This document shows positions 19,090 to 29,170 of a stretch of 64,000 bases of DNA, in pieces. The notes beneath the pieces were generated by a model, which saw nothing but the letters and a program-made list of their open reading frames with translations, did not search any database and was not told where the DNA came from. This DNA comes from Nannocystis pusilla (lineage in GTDB: Bacteria > Myxococcota_A > Polyangia > Nannocystales > Nannocystaceae), in NCBI RefSeq assembly GCF_051105105.1, contig NZ_CP185339.1. One strand, written 5' to 3'. A program made the translations under genes and the position numbers. Each line of letters starts with the position of its first letter. Position 1 is the stretch's first letter.

Positions 19090-20134
19090 TCAGAATGCGC
19101 CGCTGAGGCCGATGTAGGTGGGACCGAGACGCGCGCGCAGGCGGGTCTTGCCGCGGTCGCGGGTGCGCAGGAGCAGCATCGTGCCGGCGGTGCCGAGCAG
19201 GGCGCCCGCGGCCATCACCGCGGCGCCGCCCCAGTCGGTGTCGAACACGAAGCGGCAGCGGCCCGCGAGGTCGACGTTCGGGGCCGTCGCAGCGCCCCCG
19301 GTACTCGTCGCCGTCCAGCGACAGCAGGCCGAGGCCGATCGCGAACAGCGGGATGCCGGTGAACAGCAGGCCCCAGCCGGTGCCGCGCAGCTTGAGGGCC
19401 TCTGGCGTGCGCCGCAGGTCGATCTGCAGGCTCTCGCGGAGGCCGGCCACCGCGACCAGCTCGCGCTCCTCCGGGACGTACCCTTCGGACATGACCCGAA
19501 CGACATGTTTGCCCTCGAGCACGTTGCGCTCGACCGGCGCGGCGCCGACCAGCTGGCCGTCGATGAACACCAGCGCGCCGGGCGGGGTGGTCGCGATCTC
19601 GAACGCCGGCGGCGGCTTGGCCAGGGCGTCGAGCTTGGCCAGAAGGCGCGCGGCCTGGTCGGCCGTCAGCGCCCGCAGCTCGGCCAGGCCGCACAGCTCG
19701 CAGCCGCGCTCGCTCTCGGCCGCGCGCCCGAGGTCGCGGGTGGCGACGAGCTCGAGCCGCAGGGTGTAGTCGCGGTCGCTGACGGTGACCTGGGCCCGCA
19801 GCACGAACGCGGCGCCGAGCTGGTCGCGCAGCCGCTCGAGGCAGGCGTCGTCGCTGCACGCGCCGCCGGCCACGCGCGCCACCGCCTCGGCGTCGAGCAG
19901 CTGCAGCCGCCCGCGCGCGAGCCCGCCGCGCAGGTCCTGCTCGAGCTGCGAGGCGAGCAGCGGATCGTCGGCCCCGCTGATGGCGATCGGCGCGATCGCC
20001 AGCTTGGGCGCGTCGGCCTCGGGCGCCGCGGGGGCCGGGGCACGGGCGCTCTGGGCCGGCTGGGCGGCCGCGGGCGCGGCGGTCAGCGACATGGCCAAAA
20101 GCACATGGATGCCAGGACATGTCCTTCGGAACAT
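19090..20134 (-). CDS. PEGA-domain protein with a signal peptide and an OMP-like C-terminus (...YIGLSGAF). There is a frameshift at a C5/G5 homopolymer near 19290.
   Basis: PEGA motif (PPGALVFIDGQLVGAAPVERNVLEGKHVVRVMSEGYVPEE). Frame a (to ...LSLDGDEYRG) continues in frame b (AATAPNVDLAGRCRFVFDTDW...GLSGAF*). The N-terminal MFRRTCPGIHVLLAMSLTAAPAAA is encoded by a copy of the palindromic element. Confidence 0.7.
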
Positions 20135-20245
20135 GGCTTCAGCCACCGAGCTCCTCCTGGGACGACCGCGCGGAGCGGAGAGACATGGCGATTGCGACAG
20201 GTCCAGGAAGACATGTCCTTCGGAACATGGCCTCAGCCACCGATC
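20092..20245. repeat. Direct duplication (~40-bp cores, ~92 bp apart). Each copy carries a GGACATGTCCTTCGGAACATGGC palindromic element. One copy spans the kinase stop and the other spans the PEGA start.
   Basis: ccaggacatgtccttcggaacatggcttcagccaccga and ccaggaagacatgtccttcggaacatggcctcagccaccga. Confidence 0.85.
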
Positions 20246-22559
20246 TTCTCCTTGACCTTGTCGAGGCGGCCGGCGGCCTTGGCGTGGCCGAGGCTCGGCG
20301 GCCTTGTCGTACTGGGCCTTGGCGTCGGGGTAGCGCAGGACCTTGAAGTAGGCGTCGCCGAGGCGGATCCGGAAGTCGCCCTTCTTCGGCTCGGCCTTGA
20401 CCGCCCGCTCGGCGAACACCACCGCCTGCTCGAAGTGGCCGCGGTCGAACTCGAACGTCGGACAGGCCCATCAGCGCCGCGCCGTTGCGGTTGTAGGCCG
20501 CGAGCGCCTGGTTGAAGGCGCGCTCGGCCGCCGCGAAGTCGCCGCGCCGACGGGCCGCCTCGCCCTCCTGCGTCAGCTCGTCGGAGCGGGCCCGGTCCTG
20601 GGCCGCCTGCGCCAGCTGCTCCTCGGGCTCCGCGGCCGGCGGCGCGGGGGTCGGCGGGGCGGGCTTGGCCTCGGGCTTCGGCTCCGGCTTGCCGGGGCGC
20701 GGGCGTGGCGGCTCGGGCGTCGGCGCGACGGCGACCACGACCGGCGGCGGCTCGGGCGGCTGGGGCGTCGCCGCCGGCGCGGGGTCGGCTGGCTGTTCGG
20801 GCATGTCCTGCGGGACATCCCGCAGCGCCTCGGGGCCGAGCAGCGCGGCCAGCAATTCGGTCTGGGTGGCCGCGCCGCGCTCGCGCACGAACTTGCGCAG
20901 GCGCTCGTCGCGGTGGCCGCGGTCGTGGTCGGCGAGGATCTCGAGCAGCTCGGCGGCGGCGACGTCGGCGGCGGTGAACTCGCCGCGCTCGGCCTTGGCC
21001 AGCAGCTCGGCCATCTGCCCCGGCGTGTAGAGGCCGCGCTCGCGCGCCTTGGCGTGGTCGGGCTGGAACACCAGCGCCTGCGAGTAGAAGTCGCGCGCGA
21101 ACGGCTTGCCGGCGTCGGTGTCCCAGTAGGTGTCGCCGAGCTCGGCGAGCGCGTCGGCGAACTCCTTGCGCAGCTTCTGGGCCTCGTCGCGCGCGGGGCG
21201 TTCGGCCGGGCCCTCGGTGCGGTCGAGCGCGACGACGCGGAGGATCGATGTGTCCTTCGGGTCAGACGCCGGCGGGTACACCCAGTGGGCCGCGCCGCCG
21301 GCGGCGCGCGCGTCGGCGGCGAGCTGGGCGATGTGGGCCAGCTCTTCGGGGGTCGGCGGGCGCTCGCGGGTGGCGAACAGGACGGCGACCGCGGCCACGG
21401 CGGCGGCGGCGACGGCCACCGCGACGCCGCGCCAGCGGCTCGGGCGCGCGAGCACGAGGTCGCGGGTGAGCGCGGCGAGCAGCGCGTCCATCGACGGGTG
21501 GCGCTGGCCCGGCTCGACCGCGAGGCCGCGGACCAGCGCTTCGTGGATGAACGCCGGCACGTCGCCGGGCGGAGGCTTGATGAGCTGGCCGGAGCACACG
21601 CTGTCGGCGAGGTCGAGCAGGTTGTCGCCGGCGAACGGCGGCTGCTGGTACAGCGCGGTCCACAGGGCGACGCAGAAGCTGAACTGGTCGGAGCGCGCGT
21701 CGGTGGCCTCGCCGCGGTGCTGCTCCGGCGACATGTACGCCGGCGTGCCCATGATCGTGCCGGCCATCGTCAGCGCGGTGCTGAAGGCGTTGTGCCGGCC
21801 GACGCGGAGGGCGACGCTGTCGCCGACGCTCTCGGGGGCGGGGCTCGGCTGCTGGCCGGCGGTCCCGGCCAGGCCGAAGTCGGCCACGCGCGCGCGCCCG
21901 TCGTTGCCGATGAGGACGTTGTCGGGCTTGAAGTCGCGGTGGACCAGGCCCTCGGCGTGCGCCGCCGCCAGCCCGCGCCCGGCCTGCACGAACATGTCCC
22001 GGACCTCGCGCCACGATCGCTTCTGCTCCGAGAGCCATGCCCGAAGGGTCAGGCCCTTGACGAACTCCATGGCGACGTAGATCTGGCCGCCCTGCTGGTT
22101 GATCTCGTGGACCTGGACGACGTTGGGGTGCGACAGCCGGGCCATCGCCTGGGCCTCGCGGACCATGCGGTCGCGGGCGTTCGGATCCTGGGCGGCGTCG
22201 CGGAGGACCTTGACGGCGATCCGGCGGTCGAGCTCCTCGTCGTAGGCGGCGTAGACGACGCCCATGCCGCCCTCGCCGAGGGTGCGCAGGACGGAGAAGC
22301 GGCCGAAGCGGGGCGGGGCGGCCACGGGGCCGACCAGCGCGCCGGGGTGCGAGGGCCGGGTCTGATCGAGCGCGAGGGTGGTGGCGCGGGCCGCCGCGAG
22401 CGAGTCCTCGACCGGTCGGTCGAGCGTCTCGTACAGCTCCTCGCGCGGGCGGGGCGCGACCAGCTGCGCCGGCGAGTCGGCGACGAGCGTGGAGTCGATG
22501 CCTCCCCCGCGCAGCGTGTCAGGAGATTCGCGCAGCGTGTCGGGGGGCTGGTTGCTCAC
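20233..22559 (-). CDS. Ser/Thr protein kinase (Hanks type) with a Pro-rich linker and C-terminal TPR. There are two frameshifts, at about 20456 and about 20297. The N-terminal start is uncertain.
   Basis: GEGGMGVVY..AVK, HRDFKPDNVL, DFGLA and GTPAYMSPE; the TPR tail (FNQALAAYNRNGAALMGLSD | FEFDRGHFEQAVVFAERAVKAEPKKGDF...YDKAAE | LGHAKAAGRLDKVKEKIGG*) needs two frame changes. Confidence 0.8.
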
Positions 22560-22724
22560 GGGGAAGTACGACCCGCCCGTCTCGGCCTGGTCGTCTCTCA
22601 CAAGGCTAGCGCCGAACGGCGCAGGCGTGAAAGTGGCGAGTGCGCGCCGGCGAGCGACGCGCGGGGCAAATTCGCGCGAAAAGCCGCGATTGTCGGCCGC
22701 GAGCGCCTCGTTTACACCAAGACG

Positions 22725-23871
22725 ATGGTGACGCACGCGGTCCGCTGGCGAGCGAGCACGGGGATCGTCGCGGTCGTGGCGTTGACGGGTTGCCTCGACC
22801 GGAACCCCGAGTTCGAGGAGCCGCTATTGCCGACCGCGAGCGGCTCGGGCAGCGCGACCACCACGGGAGATCCGACGGCCGACACGACGTCCCAGGGAAC
22901 GACCGGCTCGCCCACCGCAGGGTCCGCGAGCGAGTCGGCGACCACCGCGATCGACCCGACGGACGGGCTGACGACGGGCATGACGACGACCGAAGGGCTG
23001 ACGACGGGCATCACGACGATGGCGCCGGCGGGCTGCGGCGACGGCATCTTGGCGCCCGACGAGGAGTGCGACGACGGCCCGATGAACGCCGACACCGCGG
23101 CCTGCACCAGCACGTGCAAGCTGGCGAAGTGCGGCGACGGGCTGATCCAGACCGACGTGGAGTACTGCGAGGACCGCAACGACGATCCGGCCGACGGCTG
23201 CGTGAAGTGCTTCGAGCCGCACGTGTGCCAGGAGGTGCTCGACCGGGCCCCCGGCGTACCCTCGGGGCTCTACAAGATGGATCCGGACGGGCCGGGGCCG
23301 GGGCCGCTGGTGCCGGTGTACTGCGACATGACGCTGAAGGGCGGCGGCTGGACCCGCGTCGAGCGCAGCCCGTTCGCCGACCCGATCGCGCGCGCGCTGT
23401 TCGAGGACGTCGAGGTCAACTACGACGACCCGACGAACTCGCGCTATCGCATGGGCAAGGCGGCGATGGTCGTGGTGGGGCAGCACTCGAACGAGATGTG
23501 GATCGAGTGCGGCGGCGTCGACCACCTGTGGACCGACTCCGACTTCCTGTTCGCGGGCCAGGACAACCCGAACTCCTGCGCCAACTACGGCAAGGTGCTC
23601 TACAAGGAGGCGCAGCTGAGCGACATCGTGCTGACCAACGTTCGAGCTGTGCACCGGCTTCACCGGCTTCCTCGACGGCGAGTGCCCGGGCGCGTGGCGC
23701 ATCGACGAGCAGGAGCAGGAGCTGTGCGCGCTGTCCAGCACGCCGTGGATCGACGGGCAGATGTTCACCACGCTGTACTCCGACATCTTCGCGGCCGATC
23801 CGGCGACCGTCGAGCCGGAGGTCCATGATTGCCACAAGCCGGGGGCCATCCGCGCGGTGCTTTTGCGCTGA
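22725..23871 (+). CDS. Lipoprotein, paralog 1 of 3. It has a Thr/Gly linker, Cys-rich repeats and a C-terminal domain with a fibrinogen-like 'YCDM..GGGWT' motif. There is a frameshift at about 23640.
   Basis: Lipobox (VVALTGC); CGDGIL..EECDDG; CQEVLDRAPGVPSGLYKMDPDG...LVPVYCDMTLKGGGWTRVERS; the frame-0 part (LTN) continues in frame 1 (FELCTGFTGFLDGECPGAWRIDEQ...HDCHKPGAIRAVLLR*), matching paralogs 2 and 3. Confidence 0.8.
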
Positions 23872-23960
23872 GCGGCGGGCGCGGTGCGCGAGCGCGGCCG
23901 TGCGCTCCCGCGTGCGCGGGCCGATTGTCGGCGGCGTCGGCGTCGACTACACAGAAATTC

Positions 23961-25103
23961 ATGCGTGCACAGCGGAGCGAGCTTGTCGCGGGCGTCGTCG
24001 TCGCCGCGCTGGTGACCGGTTGCCTCGAGTCGAACCCGTGGTTCGAGGAGCCGACCGCTTCGGGCGCCGCCGCGAGCACGACGCAGGCGCCGACGACCGG
24101 GGGCACGACCGCCGCGCCGCCGCCGACGAGCTCGACGAGCGCGGAGTCGACGACGACGACGACGGGGAGCGAGACGACTGGTTTGACTGCGGACACCGAG
24201 TTCAGCACGTCGTGGCCGCTGTCGACCAGCACGACCGAGTGGTTCTCGACCGGCGACCCGTGGACGTGCGGCGACGGCGTACCCGAGGGCCCCGAGCAGT
24301 GCGACGAGGGCGCCGACAACAGCGACAAGGGCGCCTGCACGACGCTGTGCACGACGGCGGCCTGCGGCGACGGCTTCGTGCAGACCGGCGTGGAGATGTG
24401 CGACGACGCCAACTTCGATCCGAGCGACGGCTGCGTCGCCTGCGTGGTCCCGCACTCGTGCAAGGAGATCCTCGACAACGATCCGCAGGCGAGCCAGGGC
24501 CAGCACTGGGTCGACCTCGACGGGCCGGAGCCGATGCCGCTCATCCCGGTGTACTGCGACATGACGACCGCCGGCGGCGGCTGGACGCTGCTCGAGCGCA
24601 GCCCGCGGAGCGACCCGATCGGCCGCGCGCTCTTCAAGGACGCGCCCGAGAACCCGGGCAACCCGCAGGCGCCGCGGTACCGCATGCCACGCGGGGCGAT
24701 GGGCGCGGCCGCCGTCATTTCGACGGCGATGCGGCTCGACTGCGGCGGCTCCGATTACCTGCTGACCGCCCCGCAGTCGCTGTTCGCCGGCGAGTTCGGC
24801 CCGCCGAACTGCACCAACGCGGGCCCGGTGCTCTACCAGGAGGCGGAGCTCAAGCAGTACAAGCTGACGAACGTGCAGCTGTGCACGGTGTTCGTCGGCC
24901 TCGGCGACGGCCAGTGCGCGGGCGCGTGGAGCATCGACGAGGAGAACCAGTACGACTGCCTGCTCCAGGCTTACCCGTGGGCCGGCAACAACGAGGCGAT
25001 CTCGCCGCCGTCGGCCGACGCGTTCGCGGTCGATCCGCAGCAGGTCGACGCCGGCCACGACTGCCACAAGCCGGACGCGGTGCGCCGGATCATGGTGCGC
25101 TGA
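23961..25103 (+). CDS. Lipoprotein paralog 2 with a fibrinogen-like 'YCDM..GGGWT' C-terminal domain.
   Basis: Lipobox (AALVTGC); CGDGVPEGPEQCDEG; CKEILDNDPQASQGQHWVDLDGPEPMPLIPVYCDMTTAGGGWTLLERS; it ends HDCHKPDAVRRIMVR. Confidence 0.85.
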   Translation: MRAQRSELVAGVVVAALVTGCLESNPWFEEPTASGAAASTTQAPTTGGTTAAPPPTSSTSAESTTTTTGSETTGLTADTEFSTSWPLSTSTTEWFSTGDPWTCGDGVPEGPEQCDEGADNSDKGACTTLCTTAACGDGFVQTGVEMCDDANFDPSDGCVACVVPHSCKEILDNDPQASQGQHWVDLDGPEPMPLIPVYCDMTTAGGGWTLLERSPRSDPIGRALFKDAPENPGNPQAPRYRMPRGAMGAAAVISTAMRLDCGGSDYLLTAPQSLFAGEFGPPNCTNAGPVLYQEAELKQYKLTNVQLCTVFVGLGDGQCAGAWSIDEENQYDCLLQAYPWAGNNEAISPPSADAFAVDPQQVDAGHDCHKPDAVRRIMVR

Positions 25104-25132
25104 ATCGTCAATGAGGGGCCGCCCGACGGATG

Positions 25133-25203
25133 CCGTAAATCATGCGGGAATCGAACCCACATTTTCAGATCTTCAATCCGACGCGTTTACCATTTTCGCC
25201 AAA
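25133..25203 (-). tRNA. tRNA-like remnant or pseudogene (Phe-GAA-like anticodon arm, canonical T-arm). The 5' acceptor strand does not pair.
   Basis: Minus strand reads ...GCG-AAAATGGTAAA-CGC-G-TCGGA-TTGAAGA-TCTGA-AAAT-GTGGG-TTCGATT-CCCGC-ATGATTT-A. The D, anticodon and T arms fold. The first 7 nt do not complement ATGATTT. Confidence 0.45.
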
Positions 25204-25380
25204 GATAGATGACGCCCGCCCACGTGGCGGCCCCTCGCGGCGAGGATGACCGCACGCGGCCGCTCGCGTCAAGCCGCGCCGACGCCGCGCGGGCGGTCCT
25301 GCGCCGTTCTCGACGCATCGCGCGATCTCGCCCGAGCGCCGGGAATTGCTGACGGCGGCGCGCTCGACTACACCGGGGAG

Positions 25381-26415
25381 ATGCGACTTGGCTTGCTCGG
25401 TGCGGGGTTGGTGGTGGCGGTGACGGGGTCGACGGCGTGTCTCGACCGCAACCCGCAGTTCGAGGACCCGCTGCCGACGGGGAGCGCGTCGGACGGGGCG
25501 ACGACGAAGGTCGAGGGGACGACGACCGGCGTGCTGTCGACGACGACGAGCACGACGAGCGCGGGGACCACCGTCGAGCCGGGGACGACGGAGCATGAGG
25601 ACACGCATTGGCCGGTGACGACGACGTCGACGTCGTCGACGACCACGGGCATGACGTTCGTGATGGAGACGTGCGGCGACGGGAAGATCGATGGCGGGGA
25701 GGAGTGCGACGACGACAATACGGACATCGAGGACGGCTGCATCGATTGCAAGGTGCCGCGGACGTGCGCCGATGTCCGCCAGTTCGCGCCGAACTCGGAC
25801 TCCGGCGTGTACCTGATCGACGTGGACGGCATGGGCGCCTACCCGCCGCTGGCGGTCTATTGCGACATGGCGACGACGGGCGGCGGCTGGACGGTGATCG
25901 AACGCAGCCCGCGCGAGGATCCGATCGGGACGCCGCTGTTCGTCGACAACGCGGTCAACTCGGATCTGCCGGAGGAGCCGCGCTTCCGGATCAAGAAGGA
26001 GCCGATCGAGCTGCTCCTGCCGCTGGTGGCGGAGATGCGGATCGACTGCGGCGGCGACGATTATCTGCTGACCGACGCGGGGGCGATCTTCAGCGGCGCG
26101 GGGCTGCCGGTCTGTACGATGGCCAAGGTGTTTTACAAAGAGGCCAGGCTCAAGGGCTACGCGCTGACCGACACGGAGCTGTGCACCGGCTTCCACGGGT
26201 CGGCAGACGGCTGCTGGGGCGCGTGGCACGTCGACGAATACTCGCAGCAAGATTGCAGCCTGCCGCCATTCCCGTGGAACTTCATGGTGCCGATCACGAG
26301 CGACGGCGCCGACGCGTTCGCGGTCGACCCGTCGGCGTTCGACAATGGGCAGCTGATGCCGCCGATCCACGATTGCCACCAGCCGGGCGCGGTGCGCGTG
26401 GTGATGCTGCGGTGA
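25381..26415 (+). CDS. Lipoprotein paralog 3 with a fibrinogen-like 'YCDM..GGGWT' C-terminal domain.
   Basis: Lipobox (VAVTGSTAC); CGDGKIDGGEECDDDN; CADVRQFAPNSDSGVYLIDVDGMGAYPPLAVYCDMATTGGGWTVIERS; it ends HDCHQPGAVRVVMLR. Confidence 0.85.
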   Translation: MRLGLLGAGLVVAVTGSTACLDRNPQFEDPLPTGSASDGATTKVEGTTTGVLSTTTSTTSAGTTVEPGTTEHEDTHWPVTTTSTSSTTTGMTFVMETCGDGKIDGGEECDDDNTDIEDGCIDCKVPRTCADVRQFAPNSDSGVYLIDVDGMGAYPPLAVYCDMATTGGGWTVIERSPREDPIGTPLFVDNAVNSDLPEEPRFRIKKEPIELLLPLVAEMRIDCGGDDYLLTDAGAIFSGAGLPVCTMAKVFYKEARLKGYALTDTELCTGFHGSADGCWGAWHVDEYSQQDCSLPPFPWNFMVPITSDGADAFAVDPSAFDNGQLMPPIHDCHQPGAVRVVMLR

Positions 26416-27226
26416 GCCGCGGCGCGGCGTCTTTTTCTAAATGAATGGACAGAGGCTCTCGCGGCGCCTCGGGGCGTGACCGTCAGGCGGTAATCGGGAC
26501 TGGAGCACGCGAAGCGAGGTCCGCCCTACCATTTTGCCCGCATCCACGGCGTGGACCGGCCGCGGCGCCGCGAGAGCCGGCGAATCGTAGGCGCGGCAGG
26601 GGCCGGTCGCAAGGCCTGGGATCGCCCGCGTGCGGGCCGAGGACGGGCGGTCATGGTCCCACCGCTGCGCGCGAGGTGCCGCGAAAGGCTGGAGCGCAGC
26701 GACGAGCGCGGTGACTCGGTCGAGGCGCAGAGCTACGACCAGTTGACCTCGGAGACGCCGTTTCCGGCCCTGACACCGGTCTTGCGGCGCTGTTCGCCGT
26801 CAGGCCGTGGCGCCCGGGACGGAGCCGCGGCCGCGGGTACATCCCGGTGTGGACGATCGAGCTGCTCGCGCGCGAGCGGCGAGCGATGGAGAGGTGCGGG
26901 TCGAATGGGCATGGTGGTCTGGGAAGGCTCGGTTGGCCTGCCAGGGAGAGGCACCGACTCGCGGCAAGTCGCAGGGAAACTTCAGCGTCGATGCGCGCTG
27001 GAGAGCGCAGGGCCCTTGTCCGGATACACCGCCACCTCATCGGGCCCCGCGGGTAGCGGGGCGATGCGCCGGTAGACTCGCTGAATGGCGGTCAGCCGCC
27101 AAATGCCGCTTTCGCGCAGCAGAGCGGGCGGGCTGATTCGCCCGGCGAAGTGTGCTGCGCACACCTTGCGCTCCTGCTCGCCTGCACAGGCTTGAAACGA
27201 GAGGGGGGTGTGGAGACCATCTAAGC

Positions 27227-28939
27227 ATGGTCGAAATAGTATTGCTCTGTATCCTCGGCCTCGCTCTATTGGGGCTCGGGGGCGTCTTGCGACGGTTGCG
27301 GGCGCTCAGCGCTACGCATACCGAATTACAACGACGATTTGCGCCTGTGGTCGAGGTCGACCTGGAGCTTCAGCGCGTCAAGACGGAGGTGGACGAGGAG
27401 CGTAGGCGCTTCGCTGCCGAGCGCCAACGCGGCGCCTCGGAGGTAGAGACCGCCCGCTCGCAGGTAGCCGCGGAGCGCACCGCCGTCCTTGCGCAGCGCG
27501 CGGCGGCGGCCGCCGAGCTCGACGTGGAGCGTCGCAATCTGGCCGCCGAGATGGATGGGGAGCGCCGCCGCCTGGCCGCCGAGCTTGAAGAGGAGCGGCG
27601 CCACATCGCCGCCGAGCATCAACGCGGCGCAGCGGAGGTGGAGAGCGCTCGTTTGCAGCTCGCCTCGGAGGTCGCCACTTTGCAGGCACAGCGCCAGCGA
27701 AGCGCGGTCGAGATCGACAGCTTTCGCCGCCAGGTCGCCGCCGAGGTCGCAGCGCAGCGCGCTGCTGCCATTGCCGAGGTGGAACAAATCCATGCCGGCA
27801 GCGCCAAGCTGAGGGCGGAGTTCGCGGCTCTCGACGAAGAGAGCAACCTGCAGGCCTTCGCCTTCTACAAGCCACGATACGCGTTCGCCAGCTCCGAGCA
27901 CTATCAGAGCAAGCTGGAAGAGATCCGTGAGCGGCAGAAGCGCATGCTCAAGGACAAGGAGGCGGCGACCTGCGCCGAGGAATGGCTGGTCAATGGCAGC
28001 AAGGTCGAAGGGCGCAAGCAGATCAACCAGACCTTGAAGCTGATGCTGCGCGCGTTCAACGGCGAGTGCGACGCAACCATCCCCAAGGTGCGCTACAACA
28101 ACGTCGGCGTGATGGAAGCGCGCATCCGCAAGGCCTGGGACGTCATCAACAGCTGTGCCGAGGTGCAGCGCTGTACGATCAGCGACAGCTACCTTTGTCT
28201 CAAGCTGGAAGAGTTGAGCCTTGTCCACGAATACGAGGAAAAGGTCCAGCAGGAGAGGGACGAACAGCGCCGGATCAAGGAGCAGATGCGGGAGGAAGAG
28301 CAGGCTCAGCGCGAGCTGGAGAAGGCCAAGCAGGAGGCAGAGAAGGAGGAAGCTCGCTTCGCGGAGGCGCTCAAGAAGGCTCAGGAAGAGGCCCAACGCT
28401 TGTCAGGAGCGAAGCAGCAGAAGCTGATCGCGCAGGTCGCCGAATTGGAGCGGAAGCTGGCGGAGGCCCAAACGAACAAGGCACGCGCGGTCTCGCGGGC
28501 CCAGATGACCCGTTCAGGTCATGTGTATATCATCTCGAACATCGGGTCGTTCGGGGAACACGTGTACAAGATCGGCATGACACGGCGGCTCGATCCGATG
28601 GATCGCGTCAAGGAGCTCGGAGACGCTTCGGTCCCGTTCGAGTTCGATGTTCATGCGATCATATACGCCGAGGACGCGCCGAAGCTGGAGAGCGAACTGC
28701 ACAGAGCATTCCATCACCGGCGCGTCAACCGGGTGAATGAGCGCAAGGAGTTCTTCAACGTCTCGATCATGGAGATCGCCGAGCACGTACGCCTGCATCA
28801 TCACGCCAGCATCGAGATCGTCCACGAGGCCGAGGCCATGGAGTACAGGAAGACGCTGTCCATGACGCAGTCCGCCCCGAACCTCGCGCCCGATCCGAAG
28901 CAAGCGCTGGTCAGGCTCGCGGCGGGGGCCGGCGCGTGA
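27227..28939 (+). CDS. Protein with an N-terminal TM, a long coiled coil, and DUF4041 plus T5orf172 (GIY-YIG/MUG113-like) domains. Its GC content is clearly lower than the surroundings.
   Basis: MVEIVLLCILGLALLGLGGVL; ER/AE-rich heptads; GHVYIISNIGSFGEHVYKIGMTRRLDPMDRVKELGDASVPFEFDVHAIIYAEDAPKLESELHRAFHHRRVNRVNERKEFF; many A/T-ending codons. Confidence 0.8.
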   Translation: MVEIVLLCILGLALLGLGGVLRRLRALSATHTELQRRFAPVVEVDLELQRVKTEVDEERRRFAAERQRGASEVETARSQVAAERTAVLAQRAAAAAELDVERRNLAAEMDGERRRLAAELEEERRHIAAEHQRGAAEVESARLQLASEVATLQAQRQRSAVEIDSFRRQVAAEVAAQRAAAIAEVEQIHAGSAKLRAEFAALDEESNLQAFAFYKPRYAFASSEHYQSKLEEIRERQKRMLKDKEAATCAEEWLVNGSKVEGRKQINQTLKLMLRAFNGECDATIPKVRYNNVGVMEARIRKAWDVINSCAEVQRCTISDSYLCLKLEELSLVHEYEEKVQQERDEQRRIKEQMREEEQAQRELEKAKQEAEKEEARFAEALKKAQEEAQRLSGAKQQKLIAQVAELERKLAEAQTNKARAVSRAQMTRSGHVYIISNIGSFGEHVYKIGMTRRLDPMDRVKELGDASVPFEFDVHAIIYAEDAPKLESELHRAFHHRRVNRVNERKEFFNVSIMEIAEHVRLHHHASIEIVHEAEAMEYRKTLSMTQSAPNLAPDPKQALVRLAAGAGA

Positions 28940-29170
28940 AGCCATCCGATTCTGCTGAGGGGGGCGCGAGGAGTCGTGACCACCGCTGCCCCGCCACATG
29001 AGCCGCGACCGGACGCGGACAGCCGGGTACGAGCCGTGGGACGGTGAGCTGCAGCGGGCGAGTGATGATTCGCGGCATGGGGGTGCCTGTGGGAGCGACG
29101 ACGGGGCCGGAAGGGCCGCGCGGCGCCGGAGGTCATGACGTCGCGGGGATCTCCGGGGCGGGGCGGAGCG

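Noticed and set aside
22824-25067. 747-aa minus-strand ORF, and the overlapping 824-aa plus-strand ORF at 22640-25114.
   Set aside because: They are off-frame or antisense to the three FReD-like paralogs. Their R/G/A/P-rich composition is typical of open frames in 70% GC DNA.
26416-27226. Several 60-170-aa ORFs in the gap before the DUF4041 gene.
   Set aside because: They overlap in multiple frames and are low complexity with no RBS or start context. The region is more likely an AT-shifted regulatory or non-coding segment.
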